Shown here piece after piece: positions 42,551 through 55,241 of a stretch of 56,831 nucleotides of DNA. The first letter of the stretch is position 1. Every line of letters begins with the position of its first letter. Source of the stretch: an uncultured Bacilli bacterium (lineage in GTDB: Bacteria > Bacillota_I > Bacilli_A > RF39 > UBA660). Made by a program: the position numbers and the translations under genes. The notes under the pieces were generated by a model. The model was given only the letters and a program-made list of their open reading frames with translations, did not search any database and was not told the origin of the DNA. The stretch covers positions 1 to 56,831 of the forward strand of contig CALVSK010000002.1 in NCBI GenBank assembly GCA_944359015.1, in the 5' to 3' direction.

Positions 42551-42937
42551 TCACCTAAGTAATAATATGTTCCTATTATCCTTTTTATAACAAATTAAAA
42601 TAAATATACTATTTATAAAAAATAGATTTAAAATATTTAAAATATTTATACTTGAATATATTAAAGAACTAATTATATAATACAAGATTATAAATGATAT
42701 ATTTACTATATAATAATATAATAAATTATTATAATTAAACTTAAATATATGTTTTTTTAATAAATATATAATTGTTATAAATATAACATTATAAAAGGGT
42801 ATTTTTAATAATATATCTATTATTACTGCTATTATAATATTATAAATAAACGGTTTATTATTAATATTTAGGATAAAAAAATAGGATAAGTATGGAGTAT
42901 AATTATAAATCAATATATCTAATAATAAATAAAACAT
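42551..42937 (-). CDS. mreD: Rod shape-determining protein MreD
   Basis: 128 aa, very hydrophobic, immediately downstream of mreC. Confidence 0.65.
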   Translation of the reverse strand: MFYLLLDILIYNYTPYLSYFFILNINNKPFIYNIIIAVIIDILLKIPFYNVIFITIIYLLKKHIFKFNYNNLLYYYIVNISFIILYYIISSLIYSSINILNILNLFFINSIFILICYKKDNRNILLLR

Positions 42938-43614
42938 TATCCCACCACATATAAGTAATTCAAATTATTCAGATTACTTCCTAAAGAAATTTCTAATGTT
43001 TTTTCAATATTATTTTTATCTATATCTATATTTTTTACTTTACCAATAAAAATGTTTCCTAATAAATTTCCTATTCCTGATGTGTATACTTCATCATCTA
43101 CATTTATTTCATCATATAGTGTCAAATCTGTTACTATAATTTTTCCATCACGCAATTTTAATATACCATATGAGTTATTTATTTTTACAGATATATTTAT
43201 ATCTTTATTAGTTATTAATTTTACTTCACTATTATTTTTATATACTTTATCTATTATACCAACTAGACCATTTTCATCTAAAACCAACATTCCTTTAACT
43301 ATATTATCCTTACTTCCTTTATATACAGTTAAACTATTTTTATAATTATAGATATTTCTAAACTTTACTTTTGTCAGTATTGCATTTATATTATTTGTTA
43401 TTAAAAATTGATTAGCTTTTAATAATTCTTCATAGTCTTTTTTAATATTTTCACAATAAATATTAGAAAGACTATTTAATGTTTTTTCTTGATAATCATT
43501 TAATGAAAAAGTATTTATATTAAATATAAATATTCCTAATAAAAAAAGAAATAATAATATTATATATTCTTTATTTTTTTTCATCATATTTTTATTATGT
43601 ACTATTTTCTTCAA
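42937..43614 (-). CDS. mreC: Rod shape-determining protein MreC
   Basis: 225 aa with a TM segment, a coiled coil, and then G.LV.DENGLVG.I..V..N.S.V.LIT......SVKI.....G.L......DEVYTSGIGN..G.I.IGKV. Confidence 0.8.
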   Translation of the reverse strand: MKKIVHNKNMMKKNKEYIILLFLFLLGIFIFNINTFSLNDYQEKTLNSLSNIYCENIKKDYEELLKANQFLITNNINAILTKVKFRNIYNYKNSLTVYKGSKDNIVKGMLVLDENGLVGIIDKVYKNNSEVKLITNKDINISVKINNSYGILKLRDGKIIVTDLTLYDEINVDDEVYTSGIGNLLGNIFIGKVKNIDIDKNNIEKTLEISLGSNLNNLNYLYVVG

Positions 43615-44050
43615 AATATCCCTTTAGGAGATTTAACATATTTTTATTAATACTTTCTATTACTTCTTCTTTATTACTTTTGATTATTACTACTTCATAG
43701 TTTTCTAATTCTTCTATTAATTTTTCATTTACTTTTATTGTTTTTAAATAATATGTTATTCCTTTTTCAATAAATAGCGACTCTAATTTTATTTTATTTT
43801 CTTCATGATAACTCAAACCTATAATTACTCTATATAATTCGTTATCTTCATATATTATAGAATTTTCAAAATTGCTTTGAAAATTTTTAGCATTATCTAA
43901 GTTTTTAAATACTCCAACTTGAAATAAACTAATTTCATTTTTTTTAGTAGTTATAGCAATTACATCATTTTTGATATCTTTATAAAAAAAATAAGCAAAA
44001 ATACCCCCAATAAAAATTGCACTTATAAAAATTTTTACATATGCCTTCAT
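43595..44050 (-). CDS. Membrane-anchored SPOR-like domain protein
   Basis: 151 aa with a TM segment, followed by LFQVGVFKNLDNAKNF......IYEDNELYRVIIG, which matches the SPOR pattern QvGaF....A......Y.V..G. Confidence 0.55.
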   Translation of the reverse strand: MKAYVKIFISAIFIGGIFAYFFYKDIKNDVIAITTKKNEISLFQVGVFKNLDNAKNFQSNFENSIIYEDNELYRVIIGLSYHEENKIKLESLFIEKGITYYLKTIKVNEKLIEELENYEVVIIKSNKEEVIESINKNMLNLLKGYFEENST

Positions 44051-44093
44051 ACCATCACCTTATATGAATTATAAAACTTAAAAACAAAAAAAT

Positions 44094-44122
44094 TTGTCAA
44101 ATTATAATAATTTTGCTATAAT
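44094..44122 (+). promoter_or_regulatory. Sigma-A-type promoter of the orphan gene at 44146
   Basis: TTGTCA, a 17-nt spacer, then TATAAT. Confidence 0.6.
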
Positions 44123-44145
44123 AACTTCCACGAAGGAGGTTGTTT

Positions 44146-44841
44146 ATGTATAATTTGTGTTACGAAAGCGAATATATTCCAGAAAAAGATATAAATTCAA
44201 TAAAGGTTTTTAAAGAAAATTCTAAGGGTACAAAAGAATTAATTTATGAATATATTGGTTTTTATTTAATTAAAAGATTAGATAATTGTACTTTACTTAT
44301 TATTGAATTGGGGAATTCTAAAAAGAGACTTTATGCTGATGAACATATTAATAAGCTTTTAATTTCTTTGCATGGGGATGCCCATACTATAAGTAAATTT
44401 AAAGAACAATTAGAAGATTTAGGTAAAGAAGACGTTATTAAAAAAATTAAAAAAGCTATTGTGAAAATCGGTAATAGGTTTGCAATTTATTCATATGAAT
44501 TTGGAATTGTAGTTTCTGCTTGTTTTGATTCAATTAAGTATAGTGATGAAGATAATGAGTTTTTGGTTTCATATAATTTAGTTACAAAATTTGGTTTGAT
44601 TAAATTATACGGAGTTTTAAACAAAGAGGGATACTTGTATAGTAATACACTTTATTTCTTTGCTTTTGGAAAATCAATAACTATTAATGTAAATCCTGAA
44701 AATTTAGATGAAAGTATAAAAAAGCAATTACCTAAAATTGAAAAAATTATTGAAAGACAAAAACAATTCGATAAAAAAAGAATTTTATTAGAAAATGAAT
44801 GTGATATGTACTTAAGAAGAAAAAAAGGTTCGCAATTATAA
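44146..44841 (+). CDS. Hypothetical protein (orphan, plus strand)
   Basis: GAAGGAGG followed 6 nt later by ATG at 44146. The track start TTG at 44140 is less likely. 231 aa with no recognisable motif. Confidence 0.7.
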   Translation: MYNLCYESEYIPEKDINSIKVFKENSKGTKELIYEYIGFYLIKRLDNCTLLIIELGNSKKRLYADEHINKLLISLHGDAHTISKFKEQLEDLGKEDVIKKIKKAIVKIGNRFAIYSYEFGIVVSACFDSIKYSDEDNEFLVSYNLVTKFGLIKLYGVLNKEGYLYSNTLYFFAFGKSITINVNPENLDESIKKQLPKIEKIIERQKQFDKKRILLENECDMYLRRKKGSQL

Positions 44842-44852
44842 TGAACCTTTTT

Positions 44853-45014
44853 TTAATTAATTTTTTTAGAAATCATATCTTCAGCACTATTCATTGCTTT
44901 TATTGCTTTTTTTCCTACCATTTTTTTAGTATCATGGTCTTGCATCATATATACTGCTCCACCTGCAACTGCAGCCATTGCTGCTATAGATACAACTTTT
45001 AACATATTTTTCAA
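44853..45014 (-). CDS. Unannotated small (53-aa) membrane protein
   Basis: This ORF is absent from the ORF track because it is under 60 aa. GAGGTGG (45028-45022) is followed 7 nt later by TTG at 45014. It translates to (M)KNMLKVVSIAAMAAVAGGAVYMMQDHDTKKMVGKKAIKAMNSAEDMISKKIN with a TAA stop at 44855-44853. Confidence 0.5.
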   Translation of the reverse strand: MKNMLKVVSIAAMAAVAGGAVYMMQDHDTKKMVGKKAIKAMNSAEDMISKKIN

Positions 45015-45049
45015 AATTTATCCACCTCTTACTTTTATTATAACCTATT

Positions 45050-47230
45050 TTAGTTGTTATATACTTCTATTATTTTTTCTTTTAACGAAGTTTTTCTGTT
45101 ACTTGAATAATTATTATTTATTGCTTTAATAAAAGATTGAGGATTTCCAATTATAGTCAATGTTTTTTTAGCTCTACTTACACCCGTATAAATTAATTTA
45201 TTATATAACATTTTATAATAACTTGATGATATAGGCATTATAACATGTTCAAATTCACTTCCTTGACTTTTATGAATCGTTATGGCATAAGCATGCTTTA
45301 TTTGTTTTAAATCTTTTTTTTGATATTCTACTATATTTCCTTCAAAATCTATTGTAATTGTATTTTTATCTATACTTTTAATAAAACCAATATCACCATT
45401 AAATACATTTTTTTCTAAATCATTTACCAATTGTAATACTTTATCATTTTCGCGATAAATAATATCCCCATATATGATTTCATTTTTATTTGGCCTTTCT
45501 GGGTTATATATTTTTTGTAATATATTATTTAAATTATCTATTCCATTTGCTCCCTTATACATTGGAGCTAAAACTTGCATTTTTTTCTCATCTATTTTTT
45601 TATTTAATGATATTTTAATTATTTGTTCTATAGCGTCTTTAATTTGAGAATCTGTTGTTTGTACAAATGTATAGTCATCCTTTTTATTTAAAAATTCTTC
45701 ATTAATTTCATTTGATTTAATATCTTTTGCTAAATATGGAATATATGAGTTTTCACTTTGACGGTATATTTGGTTTAAAGGTACATATGTAAAATAATCG
45801 CTACTTATTAAATCATCTAAAACTAAACCCGGCCCAACACTAGGTAATTGAAATGTATCTCCTACTAAAATAAGTTTTACATTTGAATTTATTCCATTTA
45901 GTAATGCATTGAATAAATCTACATCTATCATGCTTACTTCATCTACTATAATTAATTTATGATTAGTTTTGTTATATTCATTATAAAAGAAATCATTAGA
46001 ATCTTTATACCACTTTAAATACCTGTGAATTGTTGATGCCGGTAATGAAGTAGATGTTGCCAATTTTTTACTTGCTCTTCCTGTTGGAGCTAATAAAGCA
46101 ACTGTTTCAAGAATTTGGGCAGGACCTAATTTTTTTTCTTCGATATATAATTTTGTTATTGCATTAATTATAGTTGTTTTACCTGTTCCTGGTCCCCCAC
46201 AAATTATTGTTATATTGTTATTTAAAGCATTTATTATTGCTTTTTCTTGCTCTATATTATAATTTATTTTGTATTTTTCTTCTAATTTTTTTAACTTTTC
46301 ATTAATATTTGCTATTTTAATTACATTTTTATCTTCTATTTTCTTTAAACAATTTGCAATATTTAACTCTTTTTTATAATATTCCATTAAATATATTCTT
46401 CTTTTATCAAAATATATTTTTTCTTCATCTATTAATTCATTTAATAATTCATCTATTACGTCTTCTGATAAAATAATAGCAAAATTTTTATTTAAACTTT
46501 CTAATATTTCTTCTTTATAATGAAATGTATCACCATTACTAAAACTTAATATATTCATAGATTCTAAAATACAGGCTTTGATTCTTATTTTATTATCATT
46601 ACTATAATTTTTTATGTATATATTATCAACTTTAGAAAAATCTATAATCTCTTTTAAATCATAAAAATAATCCCCTAAAATTTCATCTATTCTATTTTTA
46701 AATTTATTATATATTTTAGAACATTCTTCAATAGAAAAACCTAAATTTTGAAATTTTAGTATTGCTTCACTGCTCTTATTATAATTTTGTAACGAATTAT
46801 ATATTTTACTGGCTTTTAATTCTGTAATGCCTTCGATATTTAATAAGACATTTTTATTTTCTTTTATTTTATCTAATGCTTTTTCACCCAGTTCATCTAC
46901 AATTTTTTTAGCAGTTTTTTCTCCACAACCTTCAATGAAAGAACTAGATAAAAATTCTATTATTGCATCTTTTGTTGTCGGTATTTCTATTTCATAATTG
47001 TTTACTGCATATTGCATACCAAATTTTGCACTTTTTGTGTAATAACCATATAATGTCATATTTATATCTATATTCGTTTCTGTAAATACTCCAACTACTG
47101 TTATACTTTTATTTATCTTATCAAGCAATAAATTATCATTAGTTTCTTTAATACGAAATAAGGCTACAACGTAGCCGTTTTCATTGTTATGATAAATAAT
47201 TTTTTTTATTTTTCCCTTTATATAATTCAT
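45050..47230 (-). CDS. recD2: SF1 ATP-dependent RecD-like DNA helicase (RecD2/YrrC)
   Basis: 726 aa with an N-terminal OB/HhH region, Walker A GGPGTGKTT, Walker B IIVDEVSMID and C-terminal TIHKSQGSEF. Confidence 0.9.
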   Translation of the reverse strand: MNYIKGKIKKIIYHNNENGYVVALFRIKETNDNLLLDKINKSITVVGVFTETNIDINMTLYGYYTKSAKFGMQYAVNNYEIEIPTTKDAIIEFLSSSFIEGCGEKTAKKIVDELGEKALDKIKENKNVLLNIEGITELKASKIYNSLQNYNKSSEAILKFQNLGFSIEECSKIYNKFKNRIDEILGDYFYDLKEIIDFSKVDNIYIKNYSNDNKIRIKACILESMNILSFSNGDTFHYKEEILESLNKNFAIILSEDVIDELLNELIDEEKIYFDKRRIYLMEYYKKELNIANCLKKIEDKNVIKIANINEKLKKLEEKYKINYNIEQEKAIINALNNNITIICGGPGTGKTTIINAITKLYIEEKKLGPAQILETVALLAPTGRASKKLATSTSLPASTIHRYLKWYKDSNDFFYNEYNKTNHKLIIVDEVSMIDVDLFNALLNGINSNVKLILVGDTFQLPSVGPGLVLDDLISSDYFTYVPLNQIYRQSENSYIPYLAKDIKSNEINEEFLNKKDDYTFVQTTDSQIKDAIEQIIKISLNKKIDEKKMQVLAPMYKGANGIDNLNNILQKIYNPERPNKNEIIYGDIIYRENDKVLQLVNDLEKNVFNGDIGFIKSIDKNTITIDFEGNIVEYQKKDLKQIKHAYAITIHKSQGSEFEHVIMPISSSYYKMLYNKLIYTGVSRAKKTLTIIGNPQSFIKAINNNYSSNRKTSLKEKIIEVYNN

Positions 47231-48459
47231 AGTATTCTGTTATATATCTTTCCTTTTTCTAAATTTTCATTAATTTTAACATATAAATAATTACTTGTAT
47301 GTCCTAAACTTATATTATTATCACATTCTTCTATTAAAATATCAACATTTTTTCCTTTAAACTTATTATAATATTCTTTTTCTAGTTCGTTAGATAATTC
47401 AATTAGTCTATTTACTCTTTCCTTTTTTATTTGCGGTGAAACTTGTTCTGGCATTAATGCCGCTTTTGTTCCTTCACGAAGAGAATATGGAAAAACATGA
47501 ATTTTTGAAAATTTAATTTTGTTACAAAAATTAAAACAATCATTAAATTCTTGTTCTGTTTCTCCAGGGAATCCTACTATTACATCTGTAGTGATTGATA
47601 TATCAGGTCTAATTTTCCTAATTTCTTTTATTTTGTTTTCAAAATATGTTAAATCGTATTTTCTGTTCATTCTTTGCAATACTGTGTTACTTCCTGATTG
47701 CAATGGTATGTGCAGATGATTGCATATTTTAGGATTTTTTCTTAACGTTTCCATAAATTTATCATTTAATTCTGTTATTTCTATACTCGATATTCTAATC
47801 CTTTTTAAATCTTTGATTTTTGCTAGTTCATTTAATAAATCACTTAAAACGTAATTATTACTGTTATATCTTCCTGTATGAATTCCAGTTAATACTATTT
47901 CTTGATGACCATTATTTACTAATGTTTTGGCTTCATCTATAACTTTTTCAAAATCTTTGCAGCGAACAGTTCCCCTAACATAAGGTATTATGCAATATGA
48001 GCAAAAATTATCACAACCATCTTCAATTTTAATAAATGCCCTAACATGATTAAAATTATCTATTTTCATATCTTCAAATTCTAAATTTCGACTATTATAA
48101 AATTTTACATATCTTTGTTTATTTGTTAAATAATCTTTTATAATATCCACTATTTTACTTTTATCTTTATTACCTATTAGTATATCTACGTCCAGTCCTT
48201 TATATAAAACTTGCTTATTTTGAGCACTACAACCACATACTACTAATATTATTTTAGGATTTATTTTCTTAATTTGCCTTATTGTTTTTAAACATTTTTT
48301 ATCTGCTACATTTGTTACAGAACAGGTATTAATAATTACTATATCTGCTTGTTCTGTTTTTTCTTCATAACAAAAATTATGATGAAGCATTAATTCCTTC
48401 ATCACATTAGATTCATATTGGTTAACTTTACAGCCAAAAGTAATAATACTAAATTTCAT
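47227..48459 (-). CDS. mtaB: Radical-SAM tRNA methylthiotransferase (MtaB/YqeV-like)
   Basis: 410 aa with the N-terminal MTTase Cys triad (GCKVN...TCSVT...GCS), radical-SAM motif CDNFCSYC and a C-terminal TRAM-like region. Confidence 0.82.
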   Translation of the reverse strand: MKFSIITFGCKVNQYESNVMKELMLHHNFCYEEKTEQADIVIINTCSVTNVADKKCLKTIRQIKKINPKIILVVCGCSAQNKQVLYKGLDVDILIGNKDKSKIVDIIKDYLTNKQRYVKFYNSRNLEFEDMKIDNFNHVRAFIKIEDGCDNFCSYCIIPYVRGTVRCKDFEKVIDEAKTLVNNGHQEIVLTGIHTGRYNSNNYVLSDLLNELAKIKDLKRIRISSIEITELNDKFMETLRKNPKICNHLHIPLQSGSNTVLQRMNRKYDLTYFENKIKEIRKIRPDISITTDVIVGFPGETEQEFNDCFNFCNKIKFSKIHVFPYSLREGTKAALMPEQVSPQIKKERVNRLIELSNELEKEYYNKFKGKNVDILIEECDNNISLGHTSNYLYVKINENLEKGKIYNRIL

Positions 48460-48462
48460 AAC

Positions 48463-48954
48463 CTACCCCAATTCTTTTTGTAATTGTTTTAAAGCTTGTA
48501 AAAACGCTTCTTCTTTAGCAAAACTAATTACTCTTACATCTACTTTTGATGATATTTCAGCATTTTTATTAACTAAATTCTCTAAGTTAACTTTTTTTAC
48601 CGATAAATCATCATACAATTCTTCTTTTTCATAATTTAACTCATAATTATTGTTTTTATGTAAAAGTTCATCATAACTTATAATCGCTTTATCTTCTTGT
48701 TCTTTTTCATAATTAGTAAAATTTATTTCTGGAGTTTCTTTATTAATGTTTTCTTGTATTTCTTTTATTATTTTCATTTCAGCCGTCTCTTCCTTTTCAT
48801 CACTTTTTTCTTCATTATTTATTGTAATAAAATATATGAGAGTGACTATTAATATCATTAATATTAATACTGCAAAGAAAAATACAATATCAACAAAATT
48901 TAAAGTTTTTAAAAAACTTAAAATATCACTAAATACTTTCACTTCTACCACCAC
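48463..48954 (-). CDS. Hypothetical single-pass membrane protein with an acidic cytoplasmic region
   Basis: 163-aa ORF with one TM segment (IVFFFAVLILMILIVTLIYFI). It is the first gene of the mtaB-recD2 transcription unit. Confidence 0.65.
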   Translation of the reverse strand: MVVEVKVFSDILSFLKTLNFVDIVFFFAVLILMILIVTLIYFITINNEEKSDEKEETAEMKIIKEIQENINKETPEINFTNYEKEQEDKAIISYDELLHKNNNYELNYEKEELYDDLSVKKVNLENLVNKNAEISSKVDVRVISFAKEEAFLQALKQLQKELG

Positions 48955-49016
48955 AATAATATTTTAACATTTAATTAATTATTTATTAATACTTTACTTA
49001 TAACTTGACACGTTTA

Positions 49017-49064
49017 AATGTAAAACATTTACATTATTCTAATAAAATAAATGTTTTATGTCAA
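49017..49064 (-). promoter_or_regulatory. Promoter with an overlapping perfect 8-bp inverted repeat
   Basis: On the minus strand: TTGACA (49064-49059), a 17-nt spacer, then TAGAAT (49041-49036). The palindrome AATGTAAA-ACA-TTTACATT (49017-49035) starts immediately after the -10 element. Confidence 0.5.
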
Positions 49065-49092
49065 CAATCTTTTTTTAAAAAAGAGACTTTAT

Positions 49093-50316
49093 TTATTTAG
49101 TCTCCATTATTATTTTATATGGTTCTTCAGCTGTACCTAGCCCTTCAACTTTTGCTGTTTTTATTATATTTATTACTGGTCTAATGCCACGGAGTAATGT
49201 ACCATTTGTTTCATATGTTATCGCTCCATTTGTATTTATTATAAAAGGATAATATAAATTATTGCTCATTTTGGCACTGCTCATCGTGTAATAATCAGTT
49301 TTTATTGACTCATTATATAAATAGTAATCTTGATTACCAAAGGTTGATGCTCCAGCCATTGCTACTTCATCAATTGTGAGTAAACCAATCTTTGTATTAA
49401 TTAAATTTCCTAAACATATATAAGTTGGTATTTTATTAGTTATTATCCTATTATAAGCAATAAAAGTTGTACCATCACTTTCTTTATTTACATCATTACA
49501 AAATTTATAATATGCTATATAATCACTATAATCTTTTAAATACGTTTCATACCAACTATTTAATGTTTTATTTATTTCTGAATTAGAAAAATCATAATCT
49601 TCTTCATAATACTTTCCAATTTCTTCTATTATGCCATCTAAAACCAATTTAACCGAGCCATCACCATTTATTTTTACAATTTTCCAATTAAAATCACCAA
49701 ATGAAACATTATTATTGCTTATTGCTCCCCTAAAGTAATAGGCTATACCAGTATCATCTTGACTTTGTATTAAGCCTTCGTTTAAAGTAGCGTTTTCCAT
49801 AAAATTTGTTAATTTTGTTTCGCTTATTTTATTGTTTTTTAGGATTGTTTCAAAAAATGTATTTGAATCAGTTTTCTTTAAACCTACTGTTAATTTTCCT
49901 GAATACTCGCTTTCATCTTCACTAATAAATTCTAATGTATAGTTTATTGTTTCATTTCCTTGAATTGCTATTTGTTCTGATATTATATCTGACTTTAATT
50001 CATTCGATACTTCTAAATTGTTTGATGATTTTAATATATATGTTATGCCATTTGCATATACATCTGATAACTGAATATAATAATACCTTTGCTCACTACT
50101 ACTATTTGTCACTGAAAATTCTATTGTTGTATTTCCTTTATATTTAAAACTGTCTCCATTTATATAATTTATTGTTAAGTCTCCATCTACAACTATGTCT
50201 GCCGCTTCTATTACTTCTGTATAAAATAAATATCCTATACCAATTGATGCACAGCCAATAATTAATAAAAATATAATACTTAATATAGATTTAAATCTAA
50301 AACGCATTTGCATCAC
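49093..50316 (-). CDS. Membrane-anchored surface protein, distant paralog P4
   Basis: 407 aa with TM segment ILSIIFLLIIGCASIGIGYLF. The architecture matches P1-P3: a beta-rich stalk, then YYFRG....NNVSFG.FNWKIVKINGDGSVKLVLDG...LN.WY......KIGLLTIDEV..AG........RGIRPVINI.....EGLGTAEEPYKI. Confidence 0.75.
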   Translation of the reverse strand: MMQMRFRFKSILSIIFLLIIGCASIGIGYLFYTEVIEAADIVVDGDLTINYINGDSFKYKGNTTIEFSVTNSSSEQRYYYIQLSDVYANGITYILKSSNNLEVSNELKSDIISEQIAIQGNETINYTLEFISEDESEYSGKLTVGLKKTDSNTFFETILKNNKISETKLTNFMENATLNEGLIQSQDDTGIAYYFRGAISNNNVSFGDFNWKIVKINGDGSVKLVLDGIIEEIGKYYEEDYDFSNSEINKTLNSWYETYLKDYSDYIAYYKFCNDVNKESDGTTFIAYNRIITNKIPTYICLGNLINTKIGLLTIDEVAMAGASTFGNQDYYLYNESIKTDYYTMSSAKMSNNLYYPFIINTNGAITYETNGTLLRGIRPVINIIKTAKVEGLGTAEEPYKIIMETK

Positions 50317-50394
50317 CTTGAACTTTGTCTTAATTATACTTTACGATTTTTTTTATGTCAATAAATTACCTAATAAACAAAAAAATTAATTAAC

Positions 50395-50422
50395 TTTAAA
50401 AAAACTCAAATTTATTGAGTTT
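50395..50422 (-). terminator. Terminator after dnaJ
   Basis: AAACTCAA-N5-TTGAGTTT, followed on the minus strand by T5. Confidence 0.6.
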
Positions 50423-51542
50423 ACTTTAAATATTTTTTAAAATTTTTAAATTCTGCATTGTCTTCCAAATCTGTTTGGGCTAATTCTTGTAATAAACTTT
50501 TTTGCTTTCTATCAAGTTTTGTAGGCATTATTATATTTATCACTGCATACATATTTCCTCTACTAAATGAATTTGGAGTTTTTATACCTTTACCCTTTAG
50601 TTTTAGTTTTGTATAATTTTGAGTTCCTGGTTTTATATCTAAATAAACATTACCTGTTAATGTAGGTATTTCTTTTTTACAGCCTAAAATTGCATCTGTT
50701 ATGGTAATAGGAACTTCAAGGTATATATCTGCATTATCTCTTTCAAAGATTGGATGTTCTTTAATTTTAAATTCTATAAAAACATCTCCATTACTTCCTC
50801 CATTAATACCAGCATTACCTTTACCACTTAAGCGAAGTTGAAAGCCTTCATCTACTCCTTCTGGTATAGTTACAGTTAATGTTTTTGTTTTGGACACTAT
50901 TCCTTTACCATGACACACGTTACAATCTATTTCAAAAGTTTTTCCACTTCCTTTACATGTTGGACATATCTTTTGAGTTTGAATATAACCAAATAGTGAT
51001 TGTTGTTGCTCTATTACTCTTCCTGCTCCTTTACAGGTTGAACATGTTTTTTCATTAAAGCCACCTTTGCCATGACATTCAGAACATTCTGCATCTAATT
51101 CTAATTTAATATCTTTTTCACATCCAAATGCCGCTTCTTCAAAAGAAAGGTTTAAAACAACTCTGATGTCTTTTCCTTTTGTTGTTCTATTTGTTTGAGT
51201 TTTTGTTCTTCCCCCAAAACCAAAACCTGAGAAAGCACCACCAAAGAAGTCATTTAATATGTCATCTAAGTTGATATCACTTGCATCAAAACCACCAAAG
51301 CCGCTAGTTCCACCACCATTTTGAAATGCTGCATGACCAAATTGGTCATATTGTCTTCTTTTACTAGCATCAGATAGCACTGCGTAAGCTTCACCAATTT
51401 CTTTAAATTTTTCTTCTGCTCCTGGCTCTTTATTTACATCTGGGTGGTATTGCTTGGCAAGTTTTCTAAATGCTCTTTTTATTTCTTCATCAGTTGCAGT
51501 TTTACTAACACCTAATATTTCATAATAATCTTTTTTATTCAT
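50421..51542 (-). CDS. dnaJ: Chaperone DnaJ
   Basis: 373 aa with a J-domain (YHPDVNK), a G/F-rich linker and four CxxCxGxG zinc motifs. Confidence 0.93.
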   Translation of the reverse strand: MNKKDYYEILGVSKTATDEEIKRAFRKLAKQYHPDVNKEPGAEEKFKEIGEAYAVLSDASKRRQYDQFGHAAFQNGGGTSGFGGFDASDINLDDILNDFFGGAFSGFGFGGRTKTQTNRTTKGKDIRVVLNLSFEEAAFGCEKDIKLELDAECSECHGKGGFNEKTCSTCKGAGRVIEQQQSLFGYIQTQKICPTCKGSGKTFEIDCNVCHGKGIVSKTKTLTVTIPEGVDEGFQLRLSGKGNAGINGGSNGDVFIEFKIKEHPIFERDNADIYLEVPITITDAILGCKKEIPTLTGNVYLDIKPGTQNYTKLKLKGKGIKTPNSFSRGNMYAVINIIMPTKLDRKQKSLLQELAQTDLEDNAEFKNFKKYLK

Positions 51543-51544
51543 TA

Positions 51545-53341
51545 TTATTCACCTTCATTTATCAATTTTTCTAATTCATTTAATTTGTTTTCTACTAGTT
51601 CAAAAGCGCTTTCTATTACTGTTTTATTTGTTATGTCAACACCAACTGTTTTTAATATATCTAATGGATAATCAGATGCTCCCAAAGATAAAAATTTTAA
51701 ATATTTATTTTTAACTTCAGAATCATTTTTCAATAAATTATTAGCTATATATAAAGCTGCAATTAAACCAGTAGCATATTTATATACATAAAAAGGAGTA
51801 TAAAAGTGCGGTATTCTTGCCCATTCGTACTTAATATCTTCATCTATTTTAATATTTTTTCCAAAATATAGTTTGTTTAAATCATAATAAATATTAGATA
51901 ATTCTGCTGCTGTTATCGCTACTCCTTCACTATATTTTTCAAACACTATTTTTTCAAATTCTGCAAACATTGTTTGGCGAAATATTGTTGTTCGAACTTT
52001 ATTTAAAAAATCTGCTAAATGCATTATTTTTTCTTCTTTTGTTTTAGCATTCTTATAAAAATATTCACCTACTAATACTTCATTTACTGTCGATGCTATT
52101 TCTGCTAAAAATATAGGATAATTTGCATCATAATATTCTTGATTATTATTTGAATAATATGAGTGCATAGCATGTCCTAATTCATGACCTAGTGTTGAAA
52201 CAGAATCTACATCGTTTTCATAGTTTAACGATACATAAGGATGAACACCATATGTTCCCCATTGATATGCCCCGCTTCTTTTATATTGATTAGCATAGAC
52301 ATCAATCCAACCATCTTTAAATGATTTATTTAAATCTTTTATATATTCTTGTCCTAAAGGTTGTAGTGCTTCGTTTAATATTTTTATACCTTCAGAATAA
52401 GGAATTTCTTTTTCTTCTACTTTTCCTATATCAACATATATATCATACATATGAGATTTTATTCCAAGTTTTTTATTTCTTAATTCCATATATTTATACA
52501 TTAATGGTAAATATTTATGGGTTTCTGTTACAAAATTAGTATAAAATTCTTCATCAATATTGTCACTATATAAACTTTTTTGTAATGGATTTTTAAATCC
52601 TCGAACATTACTAGAAAAATATTTTTCTTTAATTACCCCTTTATATGAAGAAGCTAAAGTATTAATAATACTTTTAAAATATTTATACATTTTCTTAAAA
52701 GCATTTTTTCTTACTTGTCTATTTTTGCTATTCATATATTTTATATAATTAGAATTTGTTAATTTAACTTTCTTACCAGTTTCATCTATAATAAACCCTA
52801 AATCAATATCAACATTATCTAAATTTGAAAAAACTTCGTGACCAGTTCCAAAGCTATTTTGGGCTTCTGCTATTACTTTTTCTTCCTTTTCGCTTAAAGT
52901 GTATTTTTGATATCTAAAAGTTTTTTCTAATGTAAATTTATATTTTTTTAATTCTGGACATTGATTAATAAATGCTAATATTTTCTCATAAGGCACGTTC
53001 ATCAATTCACTGTTTGCAAATGAAATTTTAACATTTATTTTTTCCATTAATGAATCTGCTTTACTTTTATATTTTAACCCTTTTTCATCAGACATATTTT
53101 GATAATGATACATATATGAATAAACATATATTTTTTCTAGTAACATGTCTAATTTTTCGTTAGTTTCTAAGTATATATGTAAATTTTGAGCATTTTCTAC
53201 AATTTTTCCTTTCATAGCAACTATTTTGTCTGCTAACAAATTTATTTCTACACATATTCTTTCATATTCTTCATCATTTTTAATTATATCTTCTAGTTGC
53301 CATTTAAATTTAGACTCTATTTCATTTCTCTTTTTTTCCAT
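51545..53341 (-). CDS. pepF: Oligoendopeptidase F (M3B family)
   Basis: 598 aa with an HELGHAMH zinc motif and an overall PepF-like layout. Confidence 0.85.
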   Translation of the reverse strand: MEKKRNEIESKFKWQLEDIIKNDEEYERICVEINLLADKIVAMKGKIVENAQNLHIYLETNEKLDMLLEKIYVYSYMYHYQNMSDEKGLKYKSKADSLMEKINVKISFANSELMNVPYEKILAFINQCPELKKYKFTLEKTFRYQKYTLSEKEEKVIAEAQNSFGTGHEVFSNLDNVDIDLGFIIDETGKKVKLTNSNYIKYMNSKNRQVRKNAFKKMYKYFKSIINTLASSYKGVIKEKYFSSNVRGFKNPLQKSLYSDNIDEEFYTNFVTETHKYLPLMYKYMELRNKKLGIKSHMYDIYVDIGKVEEKEIPYSEGIKILNEALQPLGQEYIKDLNKSFKDGWIDVYANQYKRSGAYQWGTYGVHPYVSLNYENDVDSVSTLGHELGHAMHSYYSNNNQEYYDANYPIFLAEIASTVNEVLVGEYFYKNAKTKEEKIMHLADFLNKVRTTIFRQTMFAEFEKIVFEKYSEGVAITAAELSNIYYDLNKLYFGKNIKIDEDIKYEWARIPHFYTPFYVYKYATGLIAALYIANNLLKNDSEVKNKYLKFLSLGASDYPLDILKTVGVDITNKTVIESAFELVENKLNELEKLINEGE

Positions 53342-53388
53342 ATTTTCTCCAATCTTATTAAAGGTCCTAGTTTCCTAGAACCTTTATT

Positions 53389-55224
<1,836 letters not shown>

Positions 55225-55241
55225 TTATCATCCTTCCTTTT

